A stretch of DNA of 64,000 nucleotides, taken from contig JAJDWF010000113.1 in NCBI GenBank assembly GCA_022825745.1, forward strand, positions 26,400 to 90,399. Reading direction: 5' to 3'. This DNA is from Dehalococcoidia bacterium (GTDB lineage: Bacteria; Chloroflexota; Dehalococcoidia; Lucifugimonadales; UBA3495). A program made the position numbers and the translations under genes. The notes beneath the pieces are model-generated. The model worked only from the letters and a program-made list of their open reading frames with translations, was not told the origin of the DNA and made no database searches. Below, piece by piece: positions 60,819 through 64,000 of the stretch (positions within the stretch are counted from its first letter, which is position 1; every line of letters begins with the position of its first letter).

Positions 60819-61652
60819 CTACCCGTCCAGCAAGTCGGACAGCAACGCTTCGTTCATCGTAAAACTTTCAGACTCAGCGGGAAAATCCCCGGCGCGCACG
60901 TCGTCCGCGTACTGGCGAAATGCGGCGGCTATGTCGTCGGCCAGCGTGGCATAGCGCCGGGCATGCTTGGGCAGGAAGTCGGAGAACAGCCCCAGCATAT
61001 CGTGAAACACCTGCACCTGCCCGTCGCAATCGGGACCGGCCCCGATGCCGATGGTGGGTATGCTGAGCCGCTCGGTAATCACCCTGGCCAACGGGCTGGG
61101 CACGCATTCCAGCACCACCGAGTACGCACCGGCGTCCTGCAAGGCTACCGCGTCATCCAGCAGACGCCGGGCCGTCGCGCGAGTGCGACCCTGCACCCGG
61201 TAGCCGCCCAACGCGTTCACCGACTGCGGCGTCAGGCCGATGTGTCCCATGACCGGCGCGCCGGCATCCACGATGCGCCGCACGGTGTCGGCGATGGCGA
61301 CGCCGCCCTCCATCTTGACGGTGTGCGCGCCGCCCTCCTGCATCAGCCGGCCGGCGTTGCGCATCGCCTCGTTGGCGTCAACCTGGTACGCCATGAATGG
61401 CAGGTCGGCCACGATCAGCGCATCGGACGCGCCCCGGCTCACCATCCGCGTGTGGCGCACCATATCGTCCATGGTGACGGGTATGGTGGAATCGTACCCC
61501 AGCACCACCATGCCCAGGCTGTCCCCCACCAGGACGATGGGAATGCCGGCGGCGTCGGCGATGCGAGCGGCGGTATAGTCGTAAGCGGTGACCATGGGAA
61601 TCTTCTCCCCGTCCCGCTTCATCTGGGCCAGCTTACGGATGGTAGTCGCCAT
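60819..61652 (-). CDS. panB: 3-methyl-2-oxobutanoate hydroxymethyltransferase
   Basis: [26 protein letters not shown]. Confidence 0.9.
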   Translation of the reverse strand: MATTIRKLAQMKRDGEKIPMVTAYDYTAARIADAAGIPIVLVGDSLGMVVLGYDSTIPVTMDDMVRHTRMVSRGASDALIVADLPFMAYQVDANEAMRNAGRLMQEGGAHTVKMEGGVAIADTVRRIVDAGAPVMGHIGLTPQSVNALGGYRVQGRTRATARRLLDDAVALQDAGAYSVVLECVPSPLARVITERLSIPTIGIGAGPDCDGQVQVFHDMLGLFSDFLPKHARRYATLADDIAAAFRQYADDVRAGDFPAESESFTMNEALLSDLLDG

Positions 61653-61667
61653 AGTGAGCCGATTGTA

Positions 61668-62552
61668 TCAGCCCGGCCCCCGCGCTGTCCGCCTCAATCG
61701 CGCCAACTCCCCCTCCCCAACCCCCTTCGCCCGCGCCAAGGGCACCGACGCAGCCGTCAACTCCCGGTACAGCGCCAACAGATGCGGCGCGTGCTCGGAC
61801 AGCAGCGACAGGTGCGCCGCGATGGTGTCGGCGTCCCCGCGCACTGCCGGGCCGGTTACGGCGTTGACGGGTCCGGCGGCGGCGATGGCCTCGATAGTGG
61901 CGCGAGACAACGGCGCCACGGCCCGAACGCCGTCCTCCTCGGTGAAACCCATGCGGGCCCACAGGCCGATGGCCGCGTCCAGCAGCGTGCCTACGTACCC
62001 GCAGGCCAGCACCGCGCTGGCGTGGTACAGCGGACGCAGTTCGTCGGGGATGGTTATGGCCCGCCCGTCCAGTCGCTCGGCCAGCGACGGCAGGTAATCG
62101 GCCAGCCATCCGGTAGCCGACACCGCGAAAGTTACGCCCGACAGCCGCCGCGCCGCCTCCGTGGAGTCGCCCAGGCCGGCGAAAGTCTGGAACGGGTGCA
62201 TCGCACCAACGGCTGCGCCGGCGCCGGACGCCGCGTCCAGCAGCTCAATGGACGCCGCGCCGCAACAATGCACGACGCCCTGGCCGGCGCGCCAATTCAC
62301 CGACAAAGCTACATCCGCGATTGCCCCGTCCGGCGTGGTGATGAACACCAGGTCGCAAGCATCCGCCACGTCCTGCGCCGTCTCCATAGCTGCACTGCCA
62401 TCAATCCGCTCCGCCAGCCATTCCGCGCTGGCCCGGCTGCGGCTGGACACGGCAACCACTTCGCAGCCCACGCCGTCCAGCGCCAGCGCCAACCCACGCC
62501 CCAGCGTTCCCGCGCCCACGAACCCGATGCGCACGTTGTCACCCGATGCCAT
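61668..62552 (-). CDS. Rossmann-fold NAD(P)-binding protein, DUF2520/COG5495-like (possible PanG-type ketopantoate reductase)
   Basis: IGFVGAGTLGRGLALAL.. N-terminus. Helical C-terminal domain. Adjacent to panB. Confidence 0.55.
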   Translation of the reverse strand: MASGDNVRIGFVGAGTLGRGLALALDGVGCEVVAVSSRSRASAEWLAERIDGSAAMETAQDVADACDLVFITTPDGAIADVALSVNWRAGQGVVHCCGAASIELLDAASGAGAAVGAMHPFQTFAGLGDSTEAARRLSGVTFAVSATGWLADYLPSLAERLDGRAITIPDELRPLYHASAVLACGYVGTLLDAAIGLWARMGFTEEDGVRAVAPLSRATIEAIAAAGPVNAVTGPAVRGDADTIAAHLSLLSEHAPHLLALYRELTAASVPLARAKGVGEGELARLRRTARGPG

Positions 62553-63522
62553 GATTCAACTCTCCAACCGCTGGAATCCCAGCCAACCCGGCAGCCGACC
62601 GCACCGCATCGATCACCGCCAGCGCGACCACGTGCGTTGCCGCCGCCACGATGGCGGTCATGTTGACGGGCGATGGGTTATGCCCCGTCGCCACGCAGAA
62701 CAGCGTGTCCCCGTCGCCCATGGTGTGGCACGGGCGGATGGTCAGCGCGAGCCCGTCGTGCGCCGACGACGCCACGAAGTTCGCCTGCGCCTTGTCCAGC
62801 CCGGCGTCCGTGGCGACGATGCCGATGGTGGTGTTGGTCATCGTCACATCACTCGGCGGATACTCGCCGGAGAGAATGATCTCCAAGGGATCGGCCATCG
62901 TCCCGTCGTCGCGCCGCGGCCCGGCGATCAACCCGCCATCCCGGTGGTCGTGGATGCCGCCCCAGGCGTTGACGGCAACAGCCGCGCCCACCGAAACGCC
63001 GCTGGGCAGCGTGCAGTACGCCGACCCGATACCACCCTTGACCACGCCGGCCGGCCCCAACCCCTTGGCCACCGTCGCCCCGGTTCCCGCGCCCACCGAG
63101 CCGGATGCCAGCGGCGCGTCGCTCGCGGCATCGGCTGCGGCATATCCCGCCGTAGCGTCGGGCCGCACGTCGGCCCGGCCCACGCCCAGGTCGTAGAGGA
63201 TGGCCGCGGGAACGATGGGCACGCATCCGTGCGGCGTTTCAAACCCGATGCCCCGTTCCTCCAGCCACCGCTGCACGCCGTCGGCCGCCGCCAGCCCGAA
63301 CGCGCTCCCGCCGCTCAGCAGGATGGCGTGGACCCGGTCCACCCGTCGCATCGGGTCCAGCAGGTCGGTTTCCCGCGTCCCCGGCGACCCGCCGCGCACC
63401 GCCACGCCTCCAACGGCGCTTTCCCCGCACAGCATGACCGTGCATCCCGTGGCGGCGTCGGCATCCGTCCAATGGCCGGCAGCGATGCCGGGAACGGCGG
63501 TGATGGTTCCGGCGGTCACCAT
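62539..63522 (-). CDS. P1/S58 family peptidase (DmpA/BapA-like aminopeptidase)
   Basis: GHWTDADAATGCTVML..RGGSPGTRETDLL..ILLSGGSAFGL..NTTIGIVATDA. Confidence 0.8.
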   Translation of the reverse strand: MVTAGTITAVPGIAAGHWTDADAATGCTVMLCGESAVGGVAVRGGSPGTRETDLLDPMRRVDRVHAILLSGGSAFGLAAADGVQRWLEERGIGFETPHGCVPIVPAAILYDLGVGRADVRPDATAGYAAADAASDAPLASGSVGAGTGATVAKGLGPAGVVKGGIGSAYCTLPSGVSVGAAVAVNAWGGIHDHRDGGLIAGPRRDDGTMADPLEIILSGEYPPSDVTMTNTTIGIVATDAGLDKAQANFVASSAHDGLALTIRPCHTMGDGDTLFCVATGHNPSPVNMTAIVAAATHVVALAVIDAVRSAAGLAGIPAVGELNHGIG

Positions 63523-63531
63523 GATGGCCGC

Positions 63532-64000
63532 TTACTCACTGGCCTCAACCGACGCCAGCAACTCCTCCGCCCGTTCCAGCAGTATGCGCTGCCGTTCGGC
63601 GCTGATTCCCTGGTTTTCCAGGTACATGCGCAGGGCCGTCAGCGGTTGCAGGTCGGTGGGTTCCGCGTCCAGGCGTCGCCGCGTTTCGTCGGTCAGGTCG
63701 CGGGCGATGCTGGCGACGTAGTGAGCCGGCGAGAGCGCGGCCCGCAGGTCAACGTCCCGCACCCGTCCCGACTGCTCACCCGACAGGCGCAGGCGGAGGC
63801 GCACGATTGCGCCGGCCACCGGCCGCCGCTCGATGGCCCGCACCACGAACTCCGTCGGGTTGCCCTCGTTCTCCGGCACGTTGGCGTCCACGGTTACGAA
63901 CGGACGCGCCGCGATGCGCTCGAAGCGAAAGTCCGTCAGACGCCTGCCCTGCGGCGCGGCCGGGTCGATGTCTATGATGCAAAAGCCCTTCTCGTCGGCC
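63532..64000 (-). CDS. DNA-repair exonuclease (SbcD/Mre11-like metallophosphoesterase) C-terminal part; 5' end outside window
   Basis: The frame stays open to the window edge (..KGFCIIDIDPAAPQGRRLTDFRFERIAARPFVTVDANVPE..). Typical C-terminal beta-domain context. Assignment is tentative. Confidence 0.45.
   Translation of the reverse strand, partial: ADEKGFCIIDIDPAAPQGRRLTDFRFERIAARPFVTVDANVPENEGNPTEFVVRAIERRPVAGAIVRLRLRLSGEQSGRVRDVDLRAALSPAHYVASIARDLTDETRRRLDAEPTDLQPLTALRMYLENQGISAERQRILLERAEELLASVEASE

Overview
High-GC (roughly 63-65% by eye) bacterial chromosomal segment, densely coding on both strands. I found no rRNA, tRNA, CRISPR array, transposase or phage structural genes. All protein calls come from reading the supplied translations for family motifs; no database search was run. 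The backbone is housekeeping: prfA-prmC, type II glutamine synthetase, mutS2, xerC/D-like recombinase, uvrC, split glycine dehydrogenase gcvPA/gcvPB, panB and Cu/Zn-SOD. Alongside it is a large paralogous catabolic and redox set: 2 tandem dienelactone hydrolases, 2 tandem LigB-type dioxygenases plus an RraA/HMG-aldolase-like gene, 2 LLM/F420 oxidoreductases, 2 nitroreductases, 3 DinB-fold proteins, 2 enoyl-CoA hydratases, 2 HIBADH-like dehydrogenases, and single amidase, epoxide hydrolase, FAH, ACAD and SDR genes. This content fits an aerobic heterotroph such as Chloroflexota or Actinomycetota, but that is inference only. About ten short lower-GC patches carry conflict-type cassettes. These are two hicAB pairs, a fused MNT-HEPN protein, an XRE/ImmA-like + DUF4411 pair, an orphan DUF433 gene, and a GIY-YIG nuclease gene overlapping a PaREP1-like HEPN gene. 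There are also two paralogous two-gene cassettes of PaREP1-like proteins and two truncated copies of the same family. Top candidates for something undescribed: (1) a translationally coupled 3-gene (possibly 4-gene) operon of unrecognisable proteins in a ~3.6 kb ~50% GC island (31.1-34.7 kb); (2) the PaREP1/HEPN-like family expansion, including the GIY-YIG-linked copy; (3) an in-frame TGA at the first Cys of the CxxC motif of a thioredoxin-NHL protein, followed by a hairpin (candidate selenoprotein). A bacterial Vms1/VLRF1-like peptidyl-tRNA hydrolase gene lies directly upstream of mutS2. A 25-nt REP-like hairpin occurs four times in intergenic DNA.
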